A stretch of DNA of 64,000 bases from the human T2T-CHM13v2.0 reference genome, Homo sapiens. A program made the position numbers and the translations under genes. Positions 18,101 through 29,599 of this stretch are shown piece after piece (the stretch's first letter is position 1; the number at the start of each line of letters is the position of its first letter). The DNA is taken from assembly GCF_009914755.1 (NCBI RefSeq), contig NC_060947.1. One strand, given 5' to 3'. The notes beneath the pieces are model-generated. The model ran no database searches, was not told where the DNA came from, and saw only the letters and a list, made by a program, of their open reading frames with translations.

Positions 18101-19000
18101 AACTAGTACCCCTCCTCACTTGGATGCAAGTATGTACTTGAGATGATAGATATGTATTCCCATTCGGTAGAGGCCTTTCCTTGCAGACAAGCTATGGCCA
18201 TGATATTAGCCAAAATTCTTTTTGAGAGAATTATCCCCACTTGGGGAGTTCCCACTGAACTCCACAGTGATTGTGGACCCCAGTTTACTAGCCAAGTATT
18301 AGAAAGAGTTTATGATGTCTGACCTTTTCTGCAACACTTCCATTGTGTCCACCACCTACAGTCTTCTGGGCTTGTAGAATGAATCATTGGGATAATAAAG
18401 AGCCCATTGCCTGAGATTACAAACACTCTTAATCTGCCCTGGCCTAGGGCTCTCCCTCTAGCTCTGTTGATCCTGCTACCTACCCTCTCTGGAAAATACC
18501 ACCTCTCCCTTTTGAGATTGTCAGCAGGCCAGTCCATGCATTTACCTGAGGGAATGTTTTACCCTACTGTTACAAGGAGACCTCCTGACCTACTGCCAAG
18601 GACTTGTTAAGGCTTCAACGACTAACCATAAACTGGTTGTGGAATCCTTCTACAGTAGCCCATCAAAAGATGAAATCTGATACCATGACCTCTAGCTAGG
18701 AGACTTCATTTACTAGAAAAGATGCCAGCTAAAAGATTTCTTCGAGCCTTGCAGAAAAGGCCCATTCCTGGTACTCCTGACTAAACCATGTGTTGGTAAG
18801 CTACGGGTCATTGACTGCTGGATCCACATATCCCACCTACAAAAGGCACTTGCAGATGTCTGCAATTCAGCCCCAATACCTGATACCAAATGTAAGGTGG
18901 CTGGAGCCCCAACACCAGGATGAGAAGAAGCCCATCATTGAGGGAAACTGCTTCCCCCAAGACTCTGGACCAGACCTGAATCCAGATGAAAGCTTACACT
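15150..19000 (+). mobile_element. Decayed class I (gamma/epsilon-like) ERV gag-pro-pol, no flanking LTRs visible
   Basis: Degenerate Zn knuckle CFACKGPGY (~15722); protease LVDTGA 15961-15978; RT SQGYTKSP and QYIDV (16896-16910); RNase H DSRYAVGVIHDFG (~17447); integrase KYVLEMIDMYSH, IPTWGVPTELHSDCGPQFT and QSSGLVE. Many stops and frameshifts. Confidence 0.9.
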
Positions 19001-19339
19001 CCCTTCATAGTGGTTATCACACTCATTGCTTTAGGAGTTTTCAGAGTTGTTACTAGCTTATGTAAAACAAGACACATAGCTTTGCTTTGCTTATTTAAAC
19101 CTAATATGCCCAGTCATTTTGCATACTTCATAATTCTGTTAATGATAGAAATGTAGGAATCTTATGTATAGCAGACATTTTATGTCATATGAAAGGAATT
19201 CCATGTATTCGTATATTTAGATACCTGTAAACCTTCCTTGCCCAACCCCATTCACGGTCCCTAAATCTCTTTCCTCTAGAACACATGATCCCCACTCCAG
19301 AAGGCATTGCCCCTCGGCCTCTTGTCAGCCGGACACTTT

Positions 19340-19499
19340 ACTACCCTTTTAGAAGGGCAATAATCCTACCAAATTAAGGCTCCACCCTTACAACCTCATT
19401 TAACCTTAATTACCTTCTTCTGGGCCCTACCTCCAAGTCACTTTGGGGGTTAGGGCTTCAACTTATAAATGCTGGGGAGACACAATTCAGTCCATAGCA
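19340..19499 (-). mobile_element. MLT1A-like MaLR LTR fragment
   Basis: Minus strand TGCTATGGACTGAATTGTGTCTCCCC...AAGTTGAAGCCCTAACCCCCAAAG...GTAATTAAGGTTAAATGAGG. Confidence 0.8.
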
Positions 19500-19607
19500 A
19501 ACAGTGATGGAACACCATGTGTGTTCCCCTCACACATGCAGCTCTTCACTACTTCTCACTACAGCATATTTGAGTGCCTACTTTAAACACAGAGTGAATT
19601 ACCTGCC

Positions 19608-20640
19608 TCAGCCTGACTTATGTTTGCTGCTGGCCATAGCACGGGCACCAGTTGTACCACTGGCAATGGCTCTGGCCCCTGCACACTCCATGGCATTAGT
19701 TCCCCTATTCCCTGAAATCCTGGCTTGGACTTTGTCCTGATCTTCTCTCAGGACCTCTTTGCACACTGACCTGTAGGACCAGAAGTCAACGTGAATAATC
19801 TTGTCTGCAAACCCCAAAATGTACATGGTTTTGGGTTCAGTGTGGTCATGAGGGCCCCACAGGAATTTGTAGCATATAGGATCCCTGTTGGGCATCTGCC
19901 TCAAATTCAGATATTGTTGTGCAAAACATCTTCAATGAAAAGCTTTCTGGGCCTTTCAAAAATGATGTGCTTCCTCTCAGCATCTTCACCTCTCTCAGCA
20001 TATTCCAGATGTCCTCTTCAGGAGCAAAGTTGCCCTCCACGAAAACTAGGTCTAGAATAACAGTTTGGAGCAAGCCTCAGTCTTTACTCACTCAGTCTCT
20101 CAGCAGAGGAAAGTTCCACTTTGTTGATGAGGATGTCACATTGCTTCCTGGCATCCATGTTCACTTCCTCAACTCAAGGCCAAAGAGTACTCCAGGCTCT
20201 CAGAGGCTTTGCTGAGGGCCTCACGGAAATGATCCATGTGCTGTTGGATGATGTGCTTCAGCATTTCTGCCTTTTGGGTGGGCTCCTTCTTCTGGTTCTC
20301 GAGCAGGAGGAACACCTCCAACTCAGCCACATTACTGCTCAAGAGGTCCCTGGGCCTGAAGTCAGCAAGTGGTGGGGCCTATGGGGCATGTGGCCCTTGC
20401 TTTTCCTTGTGGCTGCTTGCTCCCTCACCTGAGCTGTTCCCTGAGGGAAGTAAGGTGGCAGTGGAGGTGAAACGGGGATTCCAAGGACATGGAGGAGCAA
20501 TGAGTGTCCCACCAGCAGGTTTCCCCTTAGCGGCCTGTGATCTGATAACAGGAGAATGGGGAGAAGGCCTCCTCCTCAGCCTCAAGAGCCTGGTTCTCAC
20601 CTTAGGCCTGGCAGTGTGAGGGGCCTCAGCAAGAAATCTC
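19608..20640 (-). pseudogene. MAGE family (MAGEB-like) pseudogene, unprocessed
   Basis: Minus-strand pieces of the MAGE homology domain: DLLSSNVAELEVFLLLENQKKEPTQKAEMLKHII..HFREALSKASESLE, LFGLELR, LLQTVILDLVFVEGNFAPEEDIW, KHIIFERPRKLF and RQMPNRDPICYKFLWGPHDHTE..EVLREDQDKVQAR, plus an Ala-rich tail. N-terminal remnant HCQA*GENQ. Several frameshifts and stops, and no canonical MPRGQKSK start. Confidence 0.9.
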
Positions 20641-21359
20641 TCCCATGGATTGGAGGAAGGCTGTCTCTGCCATTTGTACTTTAGAATACTGACCCAGACT
20701 TTGATCCTTCTCATCACTCTATTCCCTGAGACCCTAGGAGATACAGTGAACTAGCTCCTCAGTAGCAAGCAGTCATTCTCTGGGCTTCCCAGCTTTGACA
20801 GAGGAGCATCAGATGGTGGCACATTCAGCCTGTATTCAGGGGTCATCGCCTTGGCGGTTGGAAGGGCATGTCCTGCTCAATCTGAGGCTGCCCCCGTCAA
20901 ACCACCACAGTCTCCACCCTCAATAGAGAAAACTCAATTTTACCCTTCAACCGAAAACCCCCAAATACCGGCAGTAGAATTAGGAGAGAACTTGAAACCA
21001 TCTCTCTCTACTTCCTGTGGAGGTGTGGGAATATCTAGGAGGACTGAGGTGGATTTATCCTTCCGGGGTGCACCTCAATCTCATGGATCGAGGCTACCTA
21101 AAGCTCTCATACTCCTGGACACTGAGACTGTACTTGGTAGGATCTGTGGAACACCTGAGCTCTATTCCTGGGCTCTGAAGGTGCTCACAGTGAGAAATGC
21201 CCTGCATACATTGTTGGCCTATACCCTGAGACCTGAGACCCCAGGAGGAGTTGGGGGGATGCCTCAGGTTCAACGAAGCCATTCCCAGGAGCTGATAGGG
21301 ATCAGCTGATGGGGATCAGCAGGGATGGGACTCCATGGGGTCCACTGTGTGATGGGTTG

Positions 21360-23480
21360 AACAATCCCCTTGGTTCTCACTCAGGGTCTTCACTTTGACT
21401 CCAGGCAGGGCCTGCACTCCCTGCCATCTGCTGACCTGAGGACTGTCCCCTCAGACTAAGGCTCTCACTTCCTGTATATCTCTGAGGAGACAGTGAAGGT
21501 AGAGGACTCCCAGAGTGAACAGCAGGGGCCAGATCATGCTGGTTCTCTTCTACTCTGGGGTGGTGGTCCCCTCAATCCTCAATAAGGGTTCTTACCTCAA
21601 CTCAAGGCAGGGCCTAAGCTCCATCCAATCTGCTGACCTAAGAACAACTCCTTCAAACCAAGCCTTCAACTCCATGAGAGTCCAGAAAAGGAAGCGACAG
21701 GGGTCTCAGCTAAACAGCTCTGATCAGGGCCTCCTAGGGCTGAGGCCAGGGCTGGAGTTGTGCAGAGAACCCTCTGGTCAGGCATGTGTGGCCCCCTTAG
21801 TTCTTCTATTGTACCTTGTGGTAAAAGATTACATTGTCCACGGAAATGCCTAGAGAAAAATCCTTGCCCAGAGAGAGGTCTGGCTGTGGTTCCTGGGACG
21901 CAGTCTCTAAGCCCTTGGGATGTCTTGCCTGATCATGGTGTCCATGTTTATCTGGAAACCTTAGGCCATGCTGGATAGGCTGTGCTGAAAATGACTTATG
22001 ATGGCAGCCTTGGGTCACATGGTAGTAGCTCGACCTCCAGAGGGGCTAACGACTGAGGTTAGTCAAATGGGTTTTCAACCATATCGACCTAACTGAGCCT
22101 CAATAAAAACAATGGGCACAAAGGCTCAGGTGAGCTTCTGGAGTTAGCAATACTCCATGTGTACTGTCATACCTAGAAGTTAGTGCTGTCTGGGACTCAA
22201 CACAGAGAGGAACGCTGGAAGCTCTGTGCCTGGAACTCCCTGGGCTCTGCCCTGTGTGCCTCTTCTCCTGGCTGATTTTAATCTGTATCCTTTCACTGTA
22301 ATAATCCATAACCATGAGTATGCCAGCTTTCTGTGAGTTCTGTGAGTCCTTTTAGCACATTCTCAAATCTGAGGTGGGGCTTGGGGACACCCGAATTTGC
22401 AGTTGGTGTCAGATGTGAGGGTGGTCTTGGGGGCTGCTGAACTTTGCAGGTCTCCACCTTGACTCCTGGTAGGATCTGAGATTCCTTCCTCTGTTGACCT
22501 GATGCCTTTGCTGTCAGGCCCCACCGCAGAGAAAACACCGAGGAGGAAGTGATCATGCCTGTCTTCCAGTAACCTCTACCCTGGGCCTCTGAGAGCAGAT
22601 AGCACAGGTGAGGGTCTCTGCACCTTCTGGTTTGCTTGGTCTCCTCCATCCTCCCTCAGACTCCTCAGCTAGACTTCTAGGAGGACCTGGGTCTCCTCTT
22701 TCTGCTCACTTGAGGTCAACCCCTTAGATCCAGTCTGAGCCACACAGAGAGCCTCTTTAGGAGAAAGCCAGTGGAGGCCTCAGTGAGATAGCCCTACTGG
22801 GGGCCTTGCATGGCTGACCACAGAAGTCAGATTTTGTGGGACCCCCTCTGTTCTGGGGTGGGTTGTGTCTTTCATCTTCATCCAGGGTCTGTGCCTTGAT
22901 ACCTGGCAGGGAATGGGTGGCCTCCCTTCTGCTGAACTGAGTCCTCCACCACCACTTACCCAAGGCCTCACCATCCTGAGACACCTGCAGGGAAGCAAGG
23001 AAACATTTCATCTTGTTAGCCCTGCCCGGGCTTTCCAGAGCCAACAGCAGGGGTGGGACTCTAGCATCCTCTCTGCTCCAGAGCGACTGATCCCCTGAAT
23101 ACTCACTCGGGGTCCTCACCGTGATTCCTGGAATGGAATAGACTTTCTCTTTTCTACTAATCTGAGGCCTGACCCCTCAGACCATGGCTCTCACCTCCAG
23201 GAGACCTCTGTTGGGGAAGTTGAGGAATCTCATCCTGCTTGGGGTCTCCAGGGGATGACAGCAGGGGCCAGCCAGACTCCAGGGCCCACTCTATCTGGCT
23301 TTAGTACAACATGGGTCCTCATGCTGTGGTCAACCCCTTGGCTGCAATCAGGGCCTGGGATCCATTGCTGATCTGAGGCTTCTGCTCCGAAAACCAACAC
23401 CCTTACCTCCCAGTCTCCTGAGGAGGAGTGAGGATGCACTGCCAGAGTCAGTTGGCCTCCCCTTCCTGGGATCTTCCAGG
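21360..23480 (-). repeat. Degenerate tandem array (at least 7 units of ~200-230 bp) of MAGE-type 5' non-coding exon/promoter units
   Basis: A TCTGCTGACCTGAGG-like core recurs at about 21427, 21629, 22490, 22701, 22928, 23153 and 23365. Minus-strand donors include GAG|GTAAGA (~21595), GG|GTAAGT (~22958), ACG|GTGAGG (~23119), GAG|GTGAGA (~23194) and GAG|GTAAGG (~23406). Confidence 0.75.
21817..22448 (+). mobile_element. MER21C-like solo LTR inserted in the MAGE 5' array
   Basis: TG...CA termini; AGAGAGGTCTGGC, TCTCTAAGCCCTTGG, AATAAAA near 22102 and CTTTCTGTGAGTTCTGTGAGTCC. Confidence 0.75.
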
Positions 23481-23754
23481 GCTGACAGCAGGGCTGGTGG
23501 TGACGGAGCTCTATAGAGCCTCATTTGTTCTGAAGGTAAGAAAGTTTTCTGCAGGAATGAGTTCTGCTGCTTCTCCAGAATGCAGTCAGACTTGTTCTAT
23601 CTCTTTTCCTTTCCCTTCCTCTATAGCATGTGTGTGTGTGTGACATTTTCATGTATACGGGGATTGATTTCTGGACCTGCTATCCTTTTCCATTAATCAA
23701 TTTATCAGTTCCTAATCCAGAACCACACTGCTTAACTGTTAACTGTTGCATTAA

Positions 23755-24114
<360 letters not shown>

Positions 24115-24767
24115 GGTCTTGGTTTTATAGCTGTACATAGCTGTGTATTTATTTGTCCAGGTCACTTTTAAGTTCAATTATAATCCTAAACATGTTCTCA
24201 TATCTCATGCAGGTTTTATTAGAATATGACATATTTATAAGTTCAGAATTTTCTTGGCCTTCGTTAAAGTTTTTCATTTTCATTTGTTTAACAATGGAAC
24301 CATTTTACCTATGTTTATTTGTAGATATATTATTATTTAAAATTACTGTTTGGAATGCACTCATTTTTTTACTCTATTCTAATTTGTGATAGGTGGCATA
24401 TAGAAAACCATAAACTTTTGTATAGTTATTTGATATAATTCCCACTCAATAAACTCTTGATATTTTTCCATTGATTCTCCTACATTTTATTTCTCTTGGT
24501 GGATGATGAAATTTTCTGAAAATGGTGATAAAATTTTGCTCTCCTATTCATTATTCGTATCTATTCTTTTTGTTCCTTTCTTAGTGAATTGTGTAGGATC
24601 TGCAGTAAAGTCTTGACCAAAGTGGTGATATCAGGCATCTAGGTTGCTTGCCTTTGTTGGAATTATCCTGGTGTTTCACTATCTAATACATTGTTGCCTT
24701 TTAATTCTTATGCCTATCAAGTTAAACATGCTTTGTTTTGTTCCTAATTTACATAAGATAGTCGTTT

Positions 24768-24873
24768 AAAAAGTCATTTTAAAAATTCAACATTCGATCT
24801 TAATGACATTTCTCATTCTTATTAATGAGAAATGTCATTAAGATCGAATGTTGAATTTTTAAAATGACTTTTT
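24768..24873. repeat. Perfect inverted repeat with 50-bp arms and a 6-nt spacer
   Basis: 24768-24817 (AAAAAGTCATTTTAAAAATTCAACATTCGATCTTAATGACATTTCTCATT) is the exact reverse complement of 24824-24873. The spacer is CTTATT. Confidence 0.97.
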
Positions 24874-25034
24874 TTTTGTCATTGATCCAAGTGGCATTCC
24901 CCCCCGCCCCATCTTCACCCAAAGGCATGGGTCTGGTGTTTCTGCACATCTTCTGAACAAATGGCATTTACAGCTTTGTTTGAGGATATTTGCAAAGCTG
25001 TTCCAGGTCAGGAATTGTATTTGCTTACATTCCA

Positions 25035-25400
25035 GTGTAATAATGCTTGAGTCTCCTCCCCAACCCAGAGACATTTCAAGGAGATAATGTCACTCTCTCA
25101 GTCAAAGGGCAGATTTGTTTCCAAACCAGAATAATAATGATAATGGCTTCCTCCAGGGCAACATTGGGTCAGGTTTGCTAGCAGTGCCCTTATAAGATTG
25201 GGCGATTTCTAAGTTCAGAATTCCTCAGCAGTGACACAGACCACCAGGTAGGACTTGGGGAACCACAGCAATTGATGTAAACATGAAGCTCATGTGGCCT
25301 GCCATGTAATGCATAAAAAAGTGTCCAAATCCATTTGAACTCATTGTCTCCTTACTCTCCGTACTTACGGAAATGTGCTAAGCCAGCCTAATGGCTCCTT
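25035..25400 (+). mobile_element. Old ERVL-class LTR fragment (family uncertain)
   Basis: Duplicated GATAATG(T/G)C...CAAAGG/CAGGG motif, CCCTTATAAGATTGG and TTCCTCAGCAGTGACAC, reminiscent of ERVL LTRs. Confidence 0.4.
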
Positions 25401-25594
25401 GAGTACTTGACTCAAATATTTATAGATGTTAGAATTTTGGGGTGAAGAACAATTTTGTGGAATCTGTCAGCGATAAACCACTTAAGAAAGATGAAGAAAG
25501 AGAGTTATATGAAAATCAGAGCTCGGTACTTTTCACTTTTTGGAAAATGAAATGAAATATTGAGGCAGGATGAACATATTTAGCAATAAAATAA

Positions 25595-26256
25595 TTTTTT
25601 GTTGTTTTTCTTCCAACTTTTATTTTATATTTGGGGGTACTCATGCAGGTTTGTTACACGGGTATACTGTGGGCTGCTGAGGTTTTAGATGTGATTAAAC
25701 TTGTCACTCAGATAGTGAGCATAGTTCCCAATGGGTAGTTTTCCACCCTTTCCCCTCTCCCACCCTCCCCATTCTTCCAGTCTTTAGTGTCTATCGTTTC
25801 CATTTATGTTCATGTGCACCCAATGTTAAGCTCCAACTTGCAAATGAAAACAAGTGATAATTGGTTTCTTGTTCCTGCGTTAGTTTGCTAAGGGGAATGG
25901 CCTCCAGCTGCATCCATGTTGCTGCAAAGGACATGATTTCATTCTTTTTTATGGCTGTGTTGTATTCCATGGTGTTTATGTACTACATTTTCTTTATCCA
26001 GTCCACCATTGATGAGCATTTAGGTTGATTTCATGTCTTTGCTGTTGTGAATAGTGCTGCGACATTTTCTTTATCCAGTCCACCACTGATGAGCATTTAG
26101 GTTGATTTCATGTCTTTGCTGTTGTGAATAGCGCTGTGATGAACAACATATGGGTGCATGTGTCTTTTTGGTAGAATGATTCGTTTTCCTTTGGGTATAT
26201 CCTCAGTAATGGAACTGTTGGGTCAAAAGATAGTTCTATTTGTAGTTCTTTGAGAA
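25595..26256 (-). mobile_element. 5'-truncated old L1PA 3' end with an internal 77-bp tandem duplication
   Basis: L1 3'UTR and ORF2 C-terminus (minus ORF ...ELSFDPTVPLLRIYPKE...). Duplication at 25985-26061 and 26062-26138. Confidence 0.85.
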
Positions 26257-26504
26257 TGAAAGCAATTTTAGAAACTGCTGCAGGCAACTGGAAGGAATAA
26301 AACCAGTTCAACAGCCACTTGATATGCTGTGCAAAAGTGGTGGACATGTTGGGGATGTGAGGCAAAGAATGGAGGACTGCCTTCAGTGCAAGGAGCAGTT
26401 CAGGTTATGATATGACTCCTGGTTCACATATTTTCCATGTTTCAGGGCAAGAAACTTCCAATGTATATCTCCACCTCTGAGGCCACACTGTAAATCCTGT
26501 TCAT

Positions 26505-26799
26505 AGCCTGGGAAACATAGCAAAACCTCTTCTCTACAAAAAGTACAAAAATCAGCCAGACGTGGTGCTGCACACCTGTAGTCCCAGGTACTCGTGACTA
26601 CTGTGACTACAGGCATGCAGCACCACACCTGGCTGATTTTTGTACCTTTTGCAGAGAAGAGGTTTTGCTTCTCTAAAAACCTCTGAGAGATGGGAGGATT
26701 GCTTGAGCCTGGGAGGTTGAGGCTGCAGTAAGCCATGATCACGCCACTGCACCCCAGCCTGGGGAACAAAGAGAGACCCTGTCTCAAAAAAAAAAAAAA
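26505..26799 (+). mobile_element. 5'-truncated AluJ with an internal inverted duplication
   Basis: AluJ-type right arm (GGAGGATTGCTTGAGCCTGGGAGGTTGAGGCTGCAG...GACCCTGTCTC plus poly-A). 26605-26669 is an inverted copy of 26519-26583. Confidence 0.88.
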
Positions 26800-27989
26800 G
26801 ATAGCCCTGTTCAGTTCCCAGGTGGAGGAAGATTTCCAAATACTGGAGGATAACAACCTTCCAGGGGACAGTTGTCCTCACTCTCTCCTCCCTGGAATTT
26901 GTTCATATTCACACCCTTCATCCATTTTCAGAGAACAGCTGACATCAGCAAGGAAAGTTTGTTTCTGCCTTCTCTCAGTTCATAGTCCTCATAGAGTGGG
27001 TCTTGACCCATGCCACACATTGCCCACTCCCAAAAGCAGGATTTGCAAAACAACTTGGGTAGCGGGATATGGGTAGAAGGGTAGGAAAAGGATGAGGAGG
27101 AGGGATAAAGTCAGCAAGTGCCTTGAGGACTGCACTCCTGTCATGTTGTTATCACCTGGCACTTTTACAAGCTCAGGATCAGCTAGTTTCCTGAACCCAC
27201 TCAGGGATGCTGAGGTAGCTCTCCTACCACTCCCTCAGAAAGACAGCGCTTCCTCACTTCCACAGATGGCCTAAGACATCACAGACAGTGAATGGCATTA
27301 AGCAGTGTGTGTGTCATGAGGGATTAACATCTCAGGGTTCAGCTGCAAACCTGACCTAGTGGAGTGCCCCAGGGAACACAGGAGTGCCCCAGGCAGCTCA
27401 AGGTTAACCTCAAGGTAATCTCAGACTCCCAGAATCCTTACAGCAAGTCATTCTGAACACTCAGGGCCCAACCTGCTTGAGCCATTCGCTCATGTGAAGG
27501 ACAACAGGACAGATGGAGGTTCCTATGTGGATGAAGAACAGGAGCAGTTCTCTAGGCAGGCTGGTGGGAGACGAGGATGTGTTCAGAAAGAGGAATGTCT
27601 AATTAGAGACTTCTAGCCCACATCTTTTCAAGTGAGTGAACTTGAAACATCTGTAGATGATGGGAGAGGCACAAGGGATTACCTGAGTCCTGTGAGGAGA
27701 GCTCTGAAGGTCGGGTGCTTTGACACAAGACCGTTGGATTGACTGAGCAGTGTGGCTTGGAAAGATCAAATGTTCAAATGGCCTTGCCTGGAGCCACAGA
27801 CACTTCACTTCAGTAGAAATAATAAATATGGGGTTTATATGGCTTTTTCTCATTTAGTTTTTCTTTCAGCATTGTTTTAAAGCAATTCACATTTAATCTT
27901 GGAAAGTTGACAAAATATAGAAGAGTCTTAAGCAGGCAACTTGTTGAAAAGGAGAGCAGCACAAGCTGCTCAATGTAACTGTGAGGTGG

Positions 27990-28530
27990 TTTATTTATCC
28001 ACTCCACTTTTGATGGACAATTGAGTTATTGCCAGCTTATGACCATTATGAATAATGCTGCTATGAATACCCCTTTACATGTCCTTTCCTGAACATACAC
28101 CCTCATTGCTGTTGGGTATATACCCAGGAGTTGAATTGCTGAGTCATAGGATATGCATTTGCTCAGCTTTAAGAGTTACAGGGGAAAGGTTTTCTCACGT
28201 GGTTGTACCAGCTTCTACTTCACTAGCCATATGAGAAAGTCCTGAGTGCTCTACATTTTCTCCAAAATGAGCTGTTTTTCTTCAATGTTATTTTAGCCAT
28301 TCTGGTGTTTGTGTAATGGTTTCACACTGTGAAAATTGTGTAATGTGGTTTGACATTGTGAATGTTTGTGTAATTGTTTCATATTGTGGTTTTATTTCAC
28401 AGTTCCCTAATGATTAATGAATCAATGATTAGTACCTTTTCATATGATGAATTGATGACAGTGTCTTTTCATATCGCTAATGATTAATGATTAATGATTA
28501 GTGTTTTTATATGTTTACTGTCTATTTCAT
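27990..28530 (-). mobile_element. Old L1M 3' ORF2 fragment with local slippage repeats
   Basis: ATTATGAATAATGCTGCTATGAA, GGGTATATACCCAGGAGTTGAATTGCTGAGTCATAGG and TTTTAGCCATTCTGGTG. Confidence 0.75.
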
Positions 28531-29599
28531 AATGTCAGAATTTAGTGTTAAATTCAGAATGCCACTGGATTCACCATCTTCACTATAAACCCTGGAACTG
28601 ACACAAGACCAACATAGCCCCAGTAACAGCCACCCTGATATGCTCAGAGACAAACTATTGTCTAATGCCCTTCCCACATTAGTATTCAAGTTGCTACAAG
28701 TAAGGTAGTTAGGTTGCCCAAATACCAAATCAGCTCATTAGAGAGCCATACCTCTACTCATTTATTACTCACCCTTCTATAACTGTGGGGCACCCAATGT
28801 CCCAATCCTGGACCCTACTTTTACCCAAACAGCACTTTTTATCCCCTGTTTTGCCTCAACCCTATCCCACCATGCACACTGAAGTTTCGTGGCCTACATA
28901 TCCTATTGTGTCTGCTGTATCCATTGATTGTCTGAAGACAAGTCCCCCTTCCTAGACCTCCACCTGGCCCCTTTTGTCCAAGGCTGAGAGTACCCATTTC
29001 CATTCCCTAAACTACTCCGTGGCTCTCTGCCATCACTCTTTAAGTATCTTAAAAGCTCTCACGCCACCTGCACTAGACAGCCCATGACTGAACTTGGTCC
29101 ATGGTTCTTTGAGTCCAGTATCCACATAAAAACAGTAAGCTGTTGTTTCTAGATATTTTATTGGCATAATTCTTTTATCCACCTGAAAAATTTCTTTAAA
29201 AAATGGTAGCAATCATTTTACTCTGCATAATCCCTAGTCTATGAAGACTAGGATGGCAGAGGAGCTGTAATTGAGCAGGGGGCTGTGAGCCTAGGCTCTG
29301 GCCCACTCAGCACCTCTTCTTCCTTCTCAGCATAGGGAGCTTGGACACTCACCCCCACAATCCTAGGGCTTCCTTATAAACTCCTTGCAAAGCCCTCTGT
29401 CAGGAGAGCCTTCCTCAGATGCAGGCCTCCCCATCGTGTTTCTACACAGGCATCTGTCTGCACAGACTGCAATTTTGTGCTTGGCTTTCAAGCACTGTCA
29501 AACACTTATGCCTTCCCCACCTCAACCCAACTATATCTCACAATCATTTTTCTTGTTTTGTCAACTTATCTATCCTTAACCATTGCTTCCTATATACAC

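Noticed and set aside
19608-20640. Assigning a specific MAGE gene symbol or chromosomal band
   Set aside because: The family is clear, but I cannot identify the specific locus from sequence alone.
20379-20717. 112-aa minus ORF over the MAGE 5' region
   Set aside because: Out of frame with the MAGE N-terminal remnant and has no recognisable homology.
21360-23480. Periodic repeat considered as a CRISPR-like or satellite array
   Set aside because: Eukaryotic context, units diverged along their whole length, and better explained as MAGE 5' exon units.
26383-27076. Overlapping ORFs of 109-157 aa
   Set aside because: Typical Alu-derived translations.
27361-27393. GGAGTGCCCCAGG repeated at 20-bp spacing
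   Set aside because: A two-copy micro-duplication with no further structure.
28305-28505. TGTGTAAT and TAATGAT reiterations resembling homeodomain sites
   Set aside because: Low-complexity slippage within an old L1 fragment, with no evidence of function.
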